IMG/VR virus record: IMGVR_UViG_3300037846_000003
Coordinates: 1 to 55,187 of that record
Length of the DNA stretch: 55,187 bases
Strand: one strand, 5' to 3'
DNA from: a virus
Lineage: Duplodnaviria > Caudoviricetes
In this document: piece after piece, positions 54,579 through 55,187 of the stretch
Layout: every line of letters starts with the position of its first letter
Numbering within the stretch: position 1 is the stretch's first letter
The notes under the pieces: model-generated
What the model saw: only the letters and a program-made list of their open reading frames with translations
What the model was told of the DNA's origin: nothing
Database searches by the model: none
Program-made: the position numbers and the translations under genes

Positions 54579-55187
54579 ATGGCGTATCGCATAGCGAAAT
54601 CGCTCGACAAGATGCGGGCACAATTTAACCAGCATTCACCGGGTCGTAATAAGGCATCGGATGGTTGGATTGGCGATGCTGCACATGCGTCTACTACGAG
54701 TGACCATAACCCATGGGTGAAAGATGGCTCTATGGGAGTTGTTACGGCTCTTGATATTACACACGATCCTAAGAATAGGGTGGATACTTGGGCCATTGCG
54801 GAGCATCTACGACAAAAACGTGACCCCCGAGTTAAATACGTTATCTCTAATAAACGTATATTCAGTTCGACAACTTCTCCATGGACGTGGCGCACTTATA
54901 CGGGGAGCAATCCCCATTCATCGCACATTCACGTAAGTGTCCACCAGCACAAACATCACTACGATGACGAGAAGGCATGGGACTTAATCCCCGGTGGGAC
55001 GGCACAACCAAGCCCTGAAGCACCATCAACGTCGCGCCCCATACTACGAAGTGGGTCGCGGGGTGAAGACGTTAAGACTGTACAGCGCATACTTGATCTG
55101 GCCCTTGTGGATGGTATCTTTGGCCCGATCACTGAGAACGCTGTAAAGGGTTTACAACGTACTGAGAAACTTGTCGTTGATGGTATT
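54579..55187 (+). CDS. Endolysin: Zn-peptidase-like domain plus peptidoglycan-binding domain (runs off window)
   Basis: Manual translation: SDGWIGDAAH..SDHNP...ALDIT...NPHSSHIHVS, then LRSGSRGEDVKTVQRIL...DGIFGPITENAVK. Confidence 0.85.
   Translation, partial: MAYRIAKSLDKMRAQFNQHSPGRNKASDGWIGDAAHASTTSDHNPWVKDGSMGVVTALDITHDPKNRVDTWAIAEHLRQKRDPRVKYVISNKRIFSSTTSPWTWRTYTGSNPHSSHIHVSVHQHKHHYDDEKAWDLIPGGTAQPSPEAPSTSRPILRSGSRGEDVKTVQRILDLALVDGIFGPITENAVKGLQRTEKLVVDGI

Larger units (their letters stand above)
1..55187. mobile_element. Tailed dsDNA bacteriophage genome segment, podovirus-like organisation
   Basis: TerL, portal, scaffold, major capsid, tail fibres, large ejection proteins, DNA polymerase A, helicase and endolysin; no tape measure/tail tube/sheath genes recognised and no host housekeeping genes. 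Confidence 0.95.

Noticed and set aside
1-55187. Stop-codon reassignment, tRNA genes, integrase or att site
   Set aside because: Core genes are intact in the standard code; no tRNA cloverleaf or recombinase motif recognised by eye, though the genome continues beyond the window

Overview
The window is most of a double-stranded DNA tailed phage genome with podovirus-type organisation, truncated at both edges (inside a SNF2-like helicase on the left and an endolysin on the right). The left arm (1-16250, minus strand) holds early and replication genes: helicase, VRR-NUC, Cas4/RecB-like exonuclease, family A DNA polymerase, three HTH proteins, a MoxR-like AAA ATPase plus HExxH/VWA partner, and many small hypotheticals. 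An AT-rich divergence/control region (16250-17860) is followed by the morphogenesis arm (plus strand): TerL, an oppositely oriented putative TerS, portal, a DUF2829/Tad2-like protein, scaffold, major capsid, adaptors, three tail fibre/spike proteins, nozzle, GNAT, three large ejection proteins and lysis genes. A DUF3309-like gene and an alpha-type LexA-like box weakly suggest an alphaproteobacterial host. The most striking signal is a 16-bp palindrome, consensus TAACTGYNNRCAGTTA, found by eye 38 times from 525 to 54576. It occurs at gene junctions (often supplying the stop codon) and inside genes in all three reading frames, with no gap over about 3.4 kb, which points to a genome-wide DNA-binding-site system. 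Other candidates are a pseudoknotted leader RNA (7050-7195), a covarying duplicated stem-loop (15284/15516), a promoter family TTGACA-N5-TGACG, an ORF-less strong promoter transcript near 54.3 kb, and a shared [FYL]xxGGx[VI] peptide tag in several late proteins. All family assignments come from motif recognition by eye, not from database searches.
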